Positions 1 to 15,203 of a DNA stretch of 64,000 nt are shown here, in pieces (within the stretch, counting starts at the first letter, position 1; each line of letters opens with the position of its first letter). The translations under genes and the position numbers were made by a program. The notes beneath the pieces were generated by a model, which saw only the letters and a program-made list of their open reading frames with translations, had not been told where the DNA came from and did no database searches. This DNA comes from Eledone cirrhosa (taxonomy: Eukaryota): NCBI GenBank assembly GCA_964016885.1, contig OZ024741.1:88908001-88972000 (forward strand), given 5' to 3'.

Positions 1-849
1 TTTGCTTTTCATCTAGTGAAGGTTGATAAAATAACGTGCATTGTAATAGCTTCAAGCCTTTTTCAGGACTCCCAAAACTGGTGTGGGGTAAGGAAGGACT
101 TATCCTCATATCAGAGACCTGGTGCAAATACTTACCTTACACAGAGTGTACTCATCTAAAGATATTTAAGGACCAGTTGCTTGGCATTCCACTACTAAGA
201 TAGCTGTGACATGATGACAGTTTTTTAAACATTCATAGCGAAAATCTCATATGTTTATTATGCATAAACATATCGTATAAGCTTTCATATACAGCCTTAT
301 CATGAAACACGCTATGTTAGTACCATCCAATGCCCTCTCTTGTCGATGAAACTGCTATGAAATATAGTTACTCAACACCTATCAGCCATATTTGTACAAG
401 TTGTCTATTCTATATACATCAGCTGATGTATAATCATTAGTATTTGATAAAACCTAATGGTTAGTGGTAATGGTGCGATAGTAGCTTGTAAACAGTAAAC
501 TATTTAAATACAAACCAAACATAAACACATAAGTTACAATGAGGTAATTGACACAATGTCATATATTCTTTCATTTTGCAATGTAGGTCTCTAGAGAAAT
601 AAATAATTCTCCTCCACATAAAACAAACACCAACATTTTACCATATGAATATAAGCCAACAAAAAAAAAAAATCAATGGTAGAAGGGGGAGACTTAAATC
701 CGCAATAATTATTTCAACGATTTTCACCAACTTCAAATTCTACATAAGTTTTGGACTTTTTCCCCATTTTCTCAGACATAAAATAGTGGGGTTGGCTTAT
801 ATTTGAGCATATACGGTACTTCTTACATTGTGCAAAATGTTCTTGTTGG

Positions 850-1180
850 ACATCTGTCATCTCTGATGGCAAGTGCTTCAGTTGATTCAATCAACAGAAC
901 TGCCTAGTTGTGAAATTAACATGCAAGTGGCCGAGAATTCCACAGGCACACGCCCACTTACTGTAGTTCTCAGGGAAATTCAGCATGACACAGTGGGTGA
1001 CAAGGCTGGCCCTTTGAATTACAAGTACAACTTATTTTAGCTAGCTAAGTGGACTGGAGCAATATGAAATAAAGAGTCTTGCTCAAAGACATAACATGCT
1101 ACCTGGTTTAAGAATTGAAATCATGGACTTCATAATCATGTGACCAGCTCCCAAACCACTATACCATGCTCCTTCACCGA
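850..1180 (-). mobile_element. tRNA-derived CORE-type SINE (related copies near 12520-12770, 21015-21280, 28770-29080, 36910-37160, 51200-51440)
   Basis: The minus strand has a CORE-like segment resembling TTGAGCAAGAC(A/T)CTTTATTTCA..TTGCTCCAGTCCAC. The same block recurs in several dispersed copies. Confidence 0.65.
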
Positions 1181-1696
1181 AGCATGTACAACACATTTTT
1201 GTGTTTTAGATTCATAAGAATAAAAAAAAAGCCTTATTCATAGTTTGATTTTGGTGAACCAAAAAAGCACATACTGTGTGAAATTTTTTTCTGACCCACC
1301 TTTATCTACAGCAATATCGGATGAAGCCTCAAAAACTACACAGGTTTTTAGACCTACCTGTCCATGATGGCCAAGTGTAGGTTGGATAGGTAGGTTGCTT
1401 GCTCCGAGGCAGAGGGTCAGGCTAATATTGGAATAGATGTTTTACAGCTTAGGCACCATATTTAATGATGAAAATGTATTTAGTGATATCACTGTGGTGA
1501 TAATTCTAGATGAATGTAAAAAAAAACTTCTAGCCACCAAATAAAGTGGGGTAGGAGTGCATAATACTGAACACACTAATAATACAACAGTGAACATGCA
1601 CTAACACAACAGTGAACACACTAATAACAAGATAGCAAACATACACTAACAACACAATACTGAACCATCACTAGCAACATATACTGAACACACTAA

Positions 1697-1880
1697 TAAT
1701 TGTTTCTACTTTTGGCACACGGCCAGCAATTACCCAGTGCATTACTGGTACTTTATTTTATTGACCCCCCGTCAGGGTGAAAGGCAAAGTTAACCTCGGC
1801 AGGATTTGAACTCAGATTGGAAAAGGCCGTAACTCTATGCGTCAAAGCATGGCATCCGACCCTCTACCGCCAATCCACCG
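1697..1880 (-). mobile_element. tRNA-derived SINE with Meta-like central domain
   Basis: Pol III B box GAGTTCAAATCC, core TTTGCCTTTCA(T/C)CC..GGGGTC(G/A)ATAAAATAAAGTACCAG and 3' end GTAGAAACAATTATT. More than 15 copies or fragments occur in the window. Confidence 0.8.
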
Positions 1881-4800
1881 AACCCACTAACACAAACATA
1901 TTGACAGTGTTTCCAAGGTTTGCAGAACATTTTACTATATTTGTAACTAAGTATTCTATGACTTGAAAAATAATTAGAAAAGGAAAAAAGAAAAGGGTCC
2001 TTAATTCCTTTATATACAGCAAGCCTTTTTTAAGCCTGGCAGAATGCCCACTCTTCTAAAGGTCAGAACACAGGAGGGAGAGGAGGAGAGAAAGAGAACC
2101 AATCCCTGTACTAGACTGCTATTTTATTTTATTTATCGACCTCAAAAAGATGAAAGGCAAAGTTGACCTCCGCAGGATTTAAGCTCAGAAGAAATACTTA
2201 TTTTTAATCCGACCCCTAATAACTCTACCTATTTGCTACCTTACAAAAAACAATTACTGAAATTGAAGCAATAAACAATTGACTTAATTATTGTAAAATA
2301 ACCAATTTTAGACTAATTTTGTTATTTTTACAACAGAAATGATATTAAGGACAATAATGATAGCAAAGAACATGATGATGATGATGATGATAATAACAAT
2401 AATTAGAGATAATGCCATATAAAATTGCCTAAATACTGAACCATTCCTCAATTCATTCATAAATTTCTCTAGAACTCAGGATATATTTACTATAGGTTAT
2501 ATGGTTGCTAACATGAAGATACATGTACATTCACATACCAACACAATCTTACAAACTGGGAAAAACGCCACTTATTTTATTTACTATCCATTATCAAATT
2601 AGCTTCACTGTCCAAGCCATTCAAGGTAGCACATCCAAATGAAACCCAATATCAAAAGATAGACTAGTTTAGAACCACCCACCAGCTTTATTATTCATTA
2701 AATGTTGTTGTTTTTTATTGCCTTCTTTCCATTAAAAATTACTTTAACCCTTTTGATACCAACCTGGTCTAAACTGGAACTTTGAAACAAAACCACCAAT
2801 TTTAAAAGTTTTTACTTAAATCAAAATCTTTCAACATAATTTTATATAAGAACCATATTAAGTTATTATATTAGTAATGCAATATTTAATAATTTTAGCA
2901 AATCCCCCCAAATAAGTCATTAATTAACTGGTACAGAGTTTATTTCATTAGAAATACTGTCATGAAAGAGTTAACAGATTTCACAGTGACCTAGTGGTGA
3001 ATTAAGTGTAAACTTTTGGGGGCTCATAAGTCACAGATTTCTATTCTGTCAGAACTGCTGGGTACTCTATTACTCCAGATACTTTGCTCATAAACGTCCA
3101 ACGCTCATAGCTATACTTTATTGCTAGGTTAAAACTCTATGATGCCCCCCACCACCATCCACTTCTTTTTGTTTCTGCAAACTATTATTTAATGGCAGAG
3201 TCTCTGCAGTTAATAAAAGACTCTTAAGCATAAAACTGCACTGCTTGCTACACATCAATCAGGAAGGCACTGGTGTTTAGAGTATTACTTCTTTTTTTTT
3301 TAAATTTAATTTGATAAACAAATCACAGGTTTTTAATTTTAATCTACTGCAGATGTTTAATTTTCAAGACAATTCTACATACCTCAGTTTACCTAGCTGT
3401 AGGGGGTGAGAAAGAGAGAGACAGACAGCTATTATAATTTTGGCGGAATGCTACCTGCTAATGACTGATTTCACTGCCAACAGTTTAACACCACAAACTG
3501 CAGCTGCACTAACAAACATCTCACAGCTCTTGGGGATAAATTATTTACTCTCAGGTCTCAAATAATCGTCTTGTCCCGTCCCCTCCCATCCCCCAACATT
3601 GCTTATTAAATTTTGCTAATCTATCTCTGGCGACATTTTATTTTGTAACAATTTTCTTTATGCATTAAAAAACATTATACATGGCAAAAAAGTACATTGC
3701 TAGAAATCCTACATTATAAAATAAATAGGATGGGTTGGGGAAACTAAATGACTAATTCTGGTTTTTTTAAAAATCAACAGAGACAACCTGGAAAAAATAC
3801 TGATGTTCCATCCCAGCCCCCACTCCCACTTATTTCAACTCCCCCCTATTATTTGGGACCCAAGAGTAATTTGAATTAATGCACATTAGCAATTGAAAGG
3901 ATATCATAGGTATAATCCCTTTATAATATATACTAAAGTTGTCTCTCCAACACACATTACTAAACATCTCTCAAGACCCAATCATTTCCTCAACACATTT
4001 CCTCTCAACCTTTAAACATACTGTGTATTCACAACATGTTTTCACCTATCTTACATATATACCACATAAACAAAAGCAAAAAAAAAACACAGCTGATAAT
4101 TTTGTAAAACAAGATAAGTTCTGATGTTTTGGGTATTAGAAGGGATCTGACAGAAATGCCAAATCCCAAACGGACATATCACATTTAGTCTGCCTTTTGT
4201 ATATATGTAAGGAGAAATACTTATCAAGACAAAAACAGAAAGAAATTGCTTAAACTTTTGCATCAAATAAATACTAACCTCTATACCATCACCACAAATT
4301 ATGTAACACAACAGACAGCTACCCATGCAGCTAACATCCAACAAATGGTGTCATCATCATCACCGTTTTACGTCCATTCTTCCACGCTAGCATGGGTTAG
4401 ACGGATTGTCCTGTTGTGAGCAATGCCAGGTCAAATGACCATGTCTTGCTCATACAGAACTGATTTTGGTTTGATTTCTACAGCTGGATGCCCTTCCAAG
4501 CTTTTCAAATGCATCTAAAGCAACTAAATAAGCAGATCCCTGTCAATGTTCAAAATCTCCTTTGTATGTTTTGTTACACTTCAGTTTTCAATGAAACATC
4601 AGTTTCTACTAACTCACTTCCTACATACCAATGAAAGCTGCTGATCAATGTTGTTGTTGATTAATCTCCAGGAACACTTATTTATCGTACAGGTTGCAAA
4701 TCAAGCATTTAGGGGCAGATCAAAGGTTTTATAGTTGGAATGCATTTAATTTTACATCATTTTGGAGCTATTCTGTACAATCTAGCATGCAATGTTAGAT

Positions 4801-6654
4801 CAAGTGCAGGTAATCTATTTATTTATTCAATCAACTCTCTTTGAAGTATAGGTGGCAAAATGGCAGAACCTGAAATCACATTTCAAAGTCAACTTTACTT
4901 TACATCCTTCTGATGTTGATAAAAAAAAAGACCAGCCCATGTGCAGTGGGTTGTTAAAGAGTTAAATAAGATGCTTTTCAGAATTGTATTTGCTGATCAA
5001 AACTCCTGGCAGAAGTGTTATTGTTTTTCCAATGACAAGAGGTGGAATTTGAACTCAGAATTCAGAGCTGGAAGAGATACTGCAAAGCATCCCACTTGAC
5101 TCTTTAACAAGGTATTTTCTTTGGTCCTATTTGATGATTGACATTTTTCCTTTCTTTTTTATGAATAATGGAAGAACCTTATAGAAATTTTAATTCTGTT
5201 ATAATGATCAGAAGCACTACATGTGTGTGTCTGTGTATATCATCATCATCATTTAACGTCTATTTTACACACTAGCAGATTTTCTTATTTATTTCTGCCA
5301 ATTTTTATTTTCAGGTGGTCAGTCATGATTTATTTCAATGCACCCCCTACTGCATGCATGGTTGCATTGTTGATTCCACATTCTATTTTCATGGCACATT
5401 GCTAGATTGAGTGAACTTGGACGAAAGCCTCACTCCCTTGTTATCCAACATAAATGATATTCAAATAGACCAGAATCTGACACCATAATTATTTATTGTT
5501 GTTTTATTCTACTATGGGCATCTACATAGACATCTATCTCTCTATCCCTTCTCTGAGTATGTTCACAGATCAACCAAGCAAAACTCTATATATATATATT
5601 TATACACACACAACACATTAGGGAAGGAGCGGCCTCTCAGGAAGGCTGAAATTGATGTGGCCAGTGCTCATTATGAACATTCGCAATAAAATTCTGGGTG
5701 TAAAACTCTATTAAAATATCAAAGGATCAAGAGGTGGTTTTAAACTGGATGGCTTGTTAGAAGTGAGCATGAGAAAGATAATTGTTAGTTGTTGGCCTTG
5801 TTTAGTAAGAAGAGCGTATACAGAAACTCAACAACATACAACATTCCCAATAATATACAAATGCACACACTTTTGTTTTTAATCAACACTCATTAAATTA
5901 ATTATCTAGTTTAATATTATTATCTACATCCGGGGGGGGGGGGGTTCTGTCAGCCAGAAAACACGGTGGTGGTGCTGATGACAGACAACAATTTCCAATC
6001 ACTACAGGGGAAAAGGTTTTCAAGTACTGAAATTTACTGTGTGTGCTTATTAGTACTAAAACACCTGACAAATCAAATGTTACATGTGACTGCTTATCAA
6101 GACAAGAGAAGATCCATTAGATATAGACAAACCATTTACATTGAGTACTAATTTCAGAATATATACTATGTTTATATATATATATATATAGTGGAAAATA
6201 AAGGAAATTCCTTTTGTACAGTAACATATATTTGAAAATAGAGAAGAATGACTTCACTGGTGGTTAGTATTCTTTAATAGTTCAAATCTTTACAGTAAGT
6301 TGTTATTGATAGTAGTTCTGATAAGTCCTTGTTAACCTTCTCGCATTCGATGGCAATTGCCAAACTCTATATTTTTCATATATGTATATATATATATATA
6401 TGGTGACACGGCATAAAGCACCCAGTCTGCACTGTAAAGTGGTTATGTAGTTGTCACAACAAAGAGCACCCAGTACTCACTGTAAATGAGGTTGGCATTA
6501 GGAAGGACATCAAGCTGTAGAAACCAAACCAAAATCAGTTCTGTATGAGCAAGACCTAGCATTGGCCACAACAGAACAACTCGTCTAACCCATTAACCCA
6601 TGCTAGCGTGGAAAAATGGACATAAAAACAGTCATATATATATATCATCATCAT

Positions 6655-7435
6655 CGTCGTCGTCATCATCATCATCTTACGTCCGCTTTTCCTTGCTTGC
6701 AAGGGTGGGACGGGTCCTTTTCAGCACAGCATCTCTCCATTCATTATCTCCTCTGTGCGCTTCAGCGATCTGAGGTTAGCTCTCACTACCTCTGCCCATG
6801 TTTTTCGTGGTCTTCCTTCCACCAGGATTTCTTGGCACTTCTTCACCCAGTAGTCATCTTCCATGTGCATCACATCGCCATACCAAAGCACTCTTCTCTC
6901 CCGCACACTACAGTGTATCCCTCTTATACAATTTCACTCTTAACTCGTCTATGCACTTGACAAAGCACATCCATTGGAGCATGCTTGCTTCATTTCTCTC
7001 AAGCCGTTGCATATCCTTCGCAGTTGCTACCCATGTCTCACTACTATGCAGCAGCACGCATCTCACACAGGCATCATATATCCAACCTTTCGTTCATAGG
7101 GAGAAACACTTCGTTGTCAACAGAGGAAGCAGCTCCCTAAACTTCTATCCTGTCCTTATTCTAGATACTATGGCCGCAGAGCATCCTGCTCCCTTGCTAA
7201 TCTGATCACCTAGGTATCGGAAGCTATCAACCACCTCTATAGATCCTACCTGCATTTGAAAAATGTGCCTATCACTGACACTTCTACTATCAAATTTCCC
7301 TGAACATCTACTGCATATGAAGTTTTCCCTTCCTGTTAGTTTGCCAGCTATCTCACTACATCTCTTGTGTACATTCTACTGAGTTTATGCCAACTCCTTT
7401 TCTACATATTGAACATGGCCATTTCCCTGATGGAA
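6655..7435 (-). mobile_element. decayed RTE-clade LINE, 3' part with (ATG)n tail
   Basis: Translates to ...RRVLWYGDVMHMEDDYWVKKC..VEGRPRKTWAEVV, typical of the RTE C-terminus. Ends in CAT repeats on the + strand. Confidence 0.7.
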
Positions 7436-9529
7436 TCAGAGTTTTATACAGACACACACACATCCATGTGTGTGTGTATAAAACTCTGATCCATGTATGT
7501 GTGTGTGTGTGTAATGTATGAGCAAGACATGGCCTTCTGATCTGTGTAGAAAGACACTAATTCCACAGAACTCTCTTGAAACCATAATAATCAGTCCAAC
7601 CCATGCTAGCTTGGAAACCAAACAGAAAATGATGATAACGATGGTATAATATTTTTATTGTCACAGGGTTAGTGGATGGTGGTGAGGTTTACAGTGAAAT
7701 CAGATAAATGGAGGAAGAGGGGAACATGGTGTGTGTGTGTGTGTTTGTGTTCAGGCATGCATGCATGAACCCATAACTCCTGAATTTGTAAGGGCGCAGT
7801 AGTGACATGGCATATTTTAGGCACTCTCTTAACCTGGCGGAGTCCACCCCATTCCAGGTCTAAATACAGCCGATTTATTCCAGAGAAGGAGATAGAGAGT
7901 GATAGAGAGGAAGTGAGAAAGAGATATAGAAAAAAACTAACCCCAGTAGTAGACTGGTACTTTTTTTATCAACTTTCAAAGGATTAAAGGTAAAGTTGGA
8001 TCCAGCAGGATTTGAATTCAGAGAGTGTGGCTAGCCAAAAGAAATACCACAAAGCATTCTATCTGACATTTTAACGACTCTGCGAATACCCTGCATATGA
8101 AAAGGGCATATACAGTATATAAATGTGCAACTGAGACCCCAGAAGCCAATCAAGGAACTCCACAGATCCAAGAATACATTTATTACCAAAAGTAAATACT
8201 CACACCCAGCTATTATTCCTTAATGAACCAGTGCATGCTCAAAGTTGCCTAGCAATGCATAACTAAAACTAGGCCTATTAACATGGCCCATGCTTACCCA
8301 TCTTTCAGCAAATTTAGTGGAGAGTAGCACCCCCCATTCACTCACCCTCATCATCCTCTCCATGTGGAACTTCAAAAAATATCCATGAAGAGTGATGTGT
8401 CAATTCAGTCCTTTCAGTTGTGACCACCATAAAAACGTTTTTGTCATGTCCACCAGACAAAGGAAGATTGCGTCTTTCCCAGCCCCTCAAACACACACAA
8501 TGACTCCCCCACCCTCATGCACTCTAATACCCAAATGTTATGTTTCAATAAACAAAACAAAAAAAAACAATACATTTTTGATGTGTTAATTGTAACCAGA
8601 GATTTTGAAGTATTAGTGTAAATTAATGACCTGCAACAGATGTGTGTATCAAAAGTGGCTACCATAAAGATGAATAACTGTGCCCCAAACCTTGACAAAC
8701 AGTGTGCTCACATGATAGTTCAAATTTGTATGTGAAGACAATAGACTATCATGAGACAATGATGTGTGTCTCTAGTTCTGAAAAGAAATAGTAGCTGTCC
8801 ATCTGGTAGGCAATTGAAAAGTCACTGATATGCTATTAGTAAACAAACAATAGTAATTTGAACAGGGGAACCAACTGCATAGAAGCCTAACTGGTGATGT
8901 CAGCAGACTATCATAAGATTCTGGTGGTGGTTGGTTGGTATTGTCTATGTTTTGTTTTGGAACCTGAACACAGATCAGATACATTCCACATGCATACACA
9001 CAGAGACAGTCAAACAGACACAGAAGAAGATACTGATAGAGACGCACTACACACAAGAACACAGACACACTGGTGTGTATGTAATCATAACCACATACAC
9101 AGAGAAATAGTATTACCCTATACATACAATAGGCATGGACACTGATATGCATGGTAACAATCATAGAAAATACAAGACACACACAGTCTCACACACACAC
9201 TCCCTCGCCAATTCAAGTCCAATTTCACAGCTTGCTGCTCAAAAATACAATTAAACAACATCCCTGTAGTTCTTTATTGGAGAAATCTGGTTCAACACAC
9301 ATACACACACACAACGGTATGGTAAAATACACAGTGGTGGTAGCTGTGATGTTGATGGTTGTGGTGACTATGATGTTGATGATTGTTGTGGCTGTGATGG
9401 TGATTGTGGGTATTGTGTTGATAGTGCTGGTGAGTACTATGGTGTCTGTGTTGGTGGTAATAGTTACAGAGTATGGCTGTTTATAATAATAATGATGATG
9501 TTAATATTGAGTTATGATTGATAAGGATA

Positions 9530-11775
9530 ATTGTTTCTACTTTTGGCACAAGGCCGGCAATTACCCCAGTACATTATGGGTACTTTATTTTATCGACCCC
9601 ATAAGAATGAAAGGTAAAGCTAACCTCGGCGGGATTTGATAATGAATTTGATGGTGAATATGGTCAACTAGTAAAGGAACACATTAAATAATTTTAGTAT
9701 TTACAGGAAAAGAGGTAATTATAAACATTATTATAATAATATTAATATTAATGGTTTCTAATTTAAGCACAAGGCCAGTTAATTTGAGTGGAAGGGAATA
9801 TCGATTAAACCCAGTACTTAACCGGTATTTTTTCTTATTTATTATTAATAATAATTGTTTCTACTTTTGGCACAAGGCCAGCAATTACCCAGTACATTAC
9901 TGGTACTTTATTTTATCGACCCCATAAGGATGAAAGGTAAAGTAAACCTCGGCGGGATTTGAACTCAGAATGGCAAGGGCCGTAACTCTATGCTGCAAAG
10001 CATGGCGTCCGACCCCTCTACCAATACTGCCAATCCACAATATTGGTTTCTAATTTGAGCACAAAGCCTACAAACTTGAGAGGAGGATCAAATCAATTAA
10101 ATCAACTCTCCAGTAGTTGAATTGTACTTTATTGAACCGGGAAGGCATGAGAATTCTGAAAAGATTTTATCAGCATTGCTCTTTCAACCAACCCAAATCA
10201 CATTACTTCTCTGTAAAGAAGTTACAATTCCCCAGACTTATGAGGCACAAAGTAATCCTACTTGCGCAAGTGTCTTGAGAAAATGTACCTAGTGTATTTT
10301 GTACAGTGGTTGGTGAATGATTGGAGATAATATAGGATCGAGAGGACCTAAAGACATGACAACCATTCCAGAATTGGTGCCACAATAAAACATATCCAGT
10401 TCACTAAGTAAAGTAGTTAGTGTAAGGAAGAGCATCCGACAATAGTAATACTGCCAAAAATGTAATATATAGTGAGACATGGGCTTCCAACTTGTCTAAG
10501 AGGACAATAACTTTCAATAAGAAGTCTTGAACTGCAGCAACACATCTAGCCCATAGTTGCATAGTAAGAGGATGTAGAACAATGATGATCCAAATACTAT
10601 TTACTCTACTATTCAATCAGCCCATGTCACTGCACCTTCCCTAAATAACAATGTCAGAGAGAGCGACAGAGCAATTGATGAAAAATCTTGTAGAACTTCA
10701 AATTTAGCAAAAATTGCTTTCCCATTCAACTTTCTTCTAGTTTTTACATTTGATATTCATTCTTCCAAAAATTTTCCCTAAGAATGTTTCCAAATAAGCA
10801 GCTCTTATAAAGTTTGTATCTACGTTTGGCACAAGGCCAGCAATTATCCAGTGCATTACTGGTACTTTATTTTATTGACCCCCGTAAGGATGAAAGGCAA
10901 AGTTAACCTCGGCGGGATTTGAACTCAGACCGTAAAGAGACGTAACTATGTTAGAAAGCATGGCGTCCAATGTTTAAAAAATAGCTTTTAATAAATAATT
11001 ATTTCTACTTTTGGCACAAAGCCAGCAATTTTTCTTTCCCTTTCTTTTCTTTTTTTTTGGGGGGGGGGGGGGGGGGGGGGCATATTGGCCTCAGTGCATG
11101 GCTGGTACTTTATTTTATCCGGAAGGATAGGAGACAAAGTTGACTTCGGCAGGATTTGAACTCAGAATGTAAAGAACTGGAACATATGCTGCAAAGTATG
11201 TTGTCCAACGCATTAATGATTCTGCCAATCCAATAATTGTTTCTAATATAGACTGAAGGCCAGCAATTTAGGGGAGGGCAAAGTCGATTAAATCAACCCC
11301 AGAATTTTACTGGTGCTTTACTTTATCAACTCCAGAAGGATGAAAGGCAAGAACTCAGCATGTAAAGAAGCAGAACAAATAATGCAGTGATATTTCATCC
11401 GACACTATATCAATTCTGCCAATATCCAAAAATACTGATAATTATCATCATTTATCATCCCTCTTCCAGCAGTGTTCCTCTACTTGTCTCCTTTTTCATC
11501 TCCTTTGAGAGGTTCAACATCCTGAGATCTGCTTTCTCCTCTTTTAAATGTTTATAATAATAACTGTTTCTGATTTAGGCACAAGGTTAACAATTTGGAG
11601 GGAGGGGAAAGTCGATTAAATCGACCCCAGTGCATTACTGGTACTTTATTTTATCGACCCAGTAAAGATGAAAAGCAAAGCTAACCTTGGCGGGATTTGA
11701 ACTCAGAATATAAAGGGCCATAACTATATGCTGCAAAGGATGTTGTTCAACACTCTAATGAATCTGCCAATCCAA
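9530..11775 (-). mobile_element. cluster of at least 6 same-orientation Meta-like SINE copies (best: 9853-10038, 10815-10970, 11565-11775)
   Basis: Repeated blocks TTGTTTCTACTTTTGGCACAAGGCCAGCAATT...CCTCGGCGGGATTTGAACTCAG. Confidence 0.8.
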
Positions 11776-12828
11776 ATAATAATAACATTAATAATTAATA
11801 ATACTGGAAAAAAAAAAAAATTCCAGTTCTTCCTTCAACAGTTCTGCTAGCAGTAGTGTACACCACCACCTACTCCACCATCACCTGATAGTGACTCCAT
11901 TCACAACCTTGTCCATCATTCAGATTCCCACCAGCAGCAGTGTGAGAAAAGCATGTGGAATGCCTGTCTAGCCAAGTAAACCAACCAGCCAACCAACCAA
12001 CCAGCCAGCCAACTAAACACCACCACTGTCATTCTTTCTTTCTCCACCCCACCCATTCCATTTTGGAGGGTGGGAATAGGGGCATGTGAGGGTGGCAAGA
12101 TGTGGGATAAAGTTAATTTAGGTCTCCCTCTCCTCACCTACCAATCTAAGTAGGTTCTTGGGTTGTACTCTAAGCCCTAGGAAAAAATAAAAAAATAAAA
12201 TAAAGGCCCGTGTTAATACAGATATGAAGACAGACTCCCCACCCCCGTTTCAGGGCAGGTTTCTACTATAGCAGCTTAATGGATATCACAGTATTTCACC
12301 AACACCACCATTTCCTTCTAGTGAGAGAGAGATGATAAAGAGAAAGATAGAAGGAATCTGAGAGAAAATAAACCATATGATTATAGAAATGTGTTCTCTC
12401 TTTCACACACACACTTACTAGAAGAATTCTTAATAGAACCACTTTCTGATTTCATTAATAAAGATAGATAGCTATCAACAAAACAAATCAAACAGTTCAG
12501 TTAATACTGATTCCCAAACAGGGGCATGCGCTGATTGAGCAAGACACTTTATTTCATGTTACTCCAGTTCACACAGCTTCTAAAAAAAATAAAATCCGTT
12601 GTACCTGTAATTCAAAGAGCCGGCCTTGTCACATACTGCGTCACTGAATCTCTTCAAGAGATATGTTAAGGGTACACGCCTGTGGAATGTTCAGTCACTT
12701 GCATATTAATTTTACAAATAAGCTGTTCTATTGATCAAACTAACTAGAACACTCATCACAGAATTGATAAAAGTTCAACATGTGTTAACACATTTAATGT
12801 TGTGAGCATCAAACATAATTAGATTTAA

Positions 12829-13580
12829 CTATGGCGAGGAAAATAATAAGTCCTCCTCCACACCTGCTATCAGGAACTCATCTGGGGTTCTCCTCTCTTT
12901 GGAGAGGTCCATCCTCACGAGGTGAAGAGAATACTTTGCTGATCTCCTAAACCTGATCACTGCAGTATCTTCAGATGTACACAAGGTACATCTGGGAGCT
13001 GTGACTAATCTCTTGGAGGCTGAGGTCATAAGAGCTATCAAAGAGCTCAGATGTGGCAAGACCGCCAAGGAGAATGAAATTTGGCCAGAGATGTTAAAAG
13101 CTTTAAATAGAGAAGATATTCTCTGACTGACCTCGTGTGAGCCGGGTGGATCCCTGGAAAGGCACCTAAGCAGTGGCAATGGGGAATGATAATCCAATTT
13201 TCAAAAAGGGAGACAAGAGAGATTGCTCCAATAATAGAGGGATCTACTTGTTAAGCCTCCCCGGTAAAGTCTATGCTAAGTGCCTGGCAAAGAGATGTAG
13301 GGAGATTGTCGAGTCCATGCTAGCTGATGAATGTTGTGACTTTTGCACCGGATGCAGCACAGCCGATCAAATATTCACATTGCGGCAGGACTTTGAGAAA
13401 TCATGGGAGTACTGCCAAGAGGTGTATTCTTGTTTTGTAGACCTCGAAAAGGCATATGACTGCGTTCCTCAAGACCTACTGTGGAAGGTTCTGCAAGAGT
13501 ATGGGATTGATGGTCAGCTTCTTGTCCTGATGTCTCTATACAAATGCTCGAGTATTTGTGTTCAGATAAATGGTGATTTA
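12829..13580 (+). mobile_element. decayed RTE-like LINE reverse transcriptase fragment
   Basis: PIFKKGDKRDCSNNRGIYLLSLPGKVYAK...STADQIFTLRQ...FVDLEKAYDCVP, the N-terminal RT motifs of non-LTR elements. Truncated, with upstream stops. Confidence 0.85.
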
Positions 13581-14917
13581 ATGTCTAACCCTATTGTTAT
13601 TAAACTTCTAATGAAAAACAATGCCTACGATTGTCAAATTATTTTGAAAACAATCAAGAATTTGGAGAGATTTAATTTTCTTAGTGTCAAGCTGCTGTTT
13701 GGAACATAAAGGATCTTACATAAAATTATGATGGAAAGGTTTTAGAAAAATGTGCATCTGGTTTAGAATGGGTACACTGTATCCCTGCATGACATAAGAA
13801 GTGACTAAAAGGGTTGGTGTCAGGAAGGGCATCCAGCTGTATAACATCGCCGAAAAATGTCCTGTTCAATCTATGCCAGCATGGAAAAGTTGACATAAAA
13901 ACAATCATGATGATGATAAACACTTTAAAATAAACAGTTTTGTATTATAGAACCAACAGCAGTTTCAGGCAGTTTGGTATCAAAAAGGTTAAGTGGCTGG
14001 CCACTCTACAGACATTCAAACACCTTAAAATACCTTTCTCCCTCTCACCAACAGGTGGGTTTTTTAAAATGTCATTGGCACTGTCTTTCCTGTAGAACTG
14101 AATGTACAGTTCATCTGACAAACTTCCTAACCGTTTTGGGCTACCAAATGTTGATCCGAGGGAAGGGGGCGGGGGGGGGGGGGGGGGGACTATGATAAAT
14201 CACAATTGCACAAGATGCCTTACTGTGTGATAGAGCCTGGGTTCTTAGGATTGTGAAACAAACTTAATTCAGTCATACTGTGCATGTCTCACACACACAT
14301 ATATATACATAAATCCATACATATTTATACATACACACACACACTCACATAAATATATATACGTATACACACACACACAAATATATATACATATAATGAC
14401 ATACTTATATAATATACATGTATACATACATAGTGTGTGAATAAAGAGGCATGGCAAACTAAGCTTGTGTGTAGATCCAACGACCACCCATTCTAAAGAG
14501 AGCTTTCCTCTCAAATAACCTAGAAGCAGTAAATTAAAATATTTGCTCATGATATAATTCACACACCAGCCAGACATGGGAGCTTTTAGGTTATTTTACT
14601 TTAGTCTATGTTGTTTTTATCTTTATTTGGTTTGTGTGAGGGGGGGGGGGGGGGCTTTTTATTACATCAAATGGAAATCTTTACCATCTGAGATTTCATC
14701 CTGGGTACAAGTTATTTACCAAGATCCCAAGCAAGAATTGACATCTTATGTGTGTGTGTGTGTGCATGTATGTTAATGATATAACTAAGTAACAATTAGA
14801 TGCTGAAATCTGAATTTTATATATATATACACACACAAATGTTAAACATCAATCATTAAACTTATATATATATATCTCATCATTGTACTGCATTGTTCTA
14901 CCATGTTTTTGTTGACT

Positions 14918-14948
<31 letters not shown>

Positions 14949-15051
14949 CCCACCAACACAGAACAATGTGATAACATACTATAGCCCAGTTTTCGGGACA
15001 ACAGTCCATTGAAAAAAGAAAGGGTATAAGTTATGTAAGTATGGTGTGTGG

Positions 15052-15102
<51 letters not shown>

Positions 15103-15139
15103 CCATCACAATGATGATTATGTGCATAGGTGTACATTG

Positions 15140-15203
<64 letters not shown>
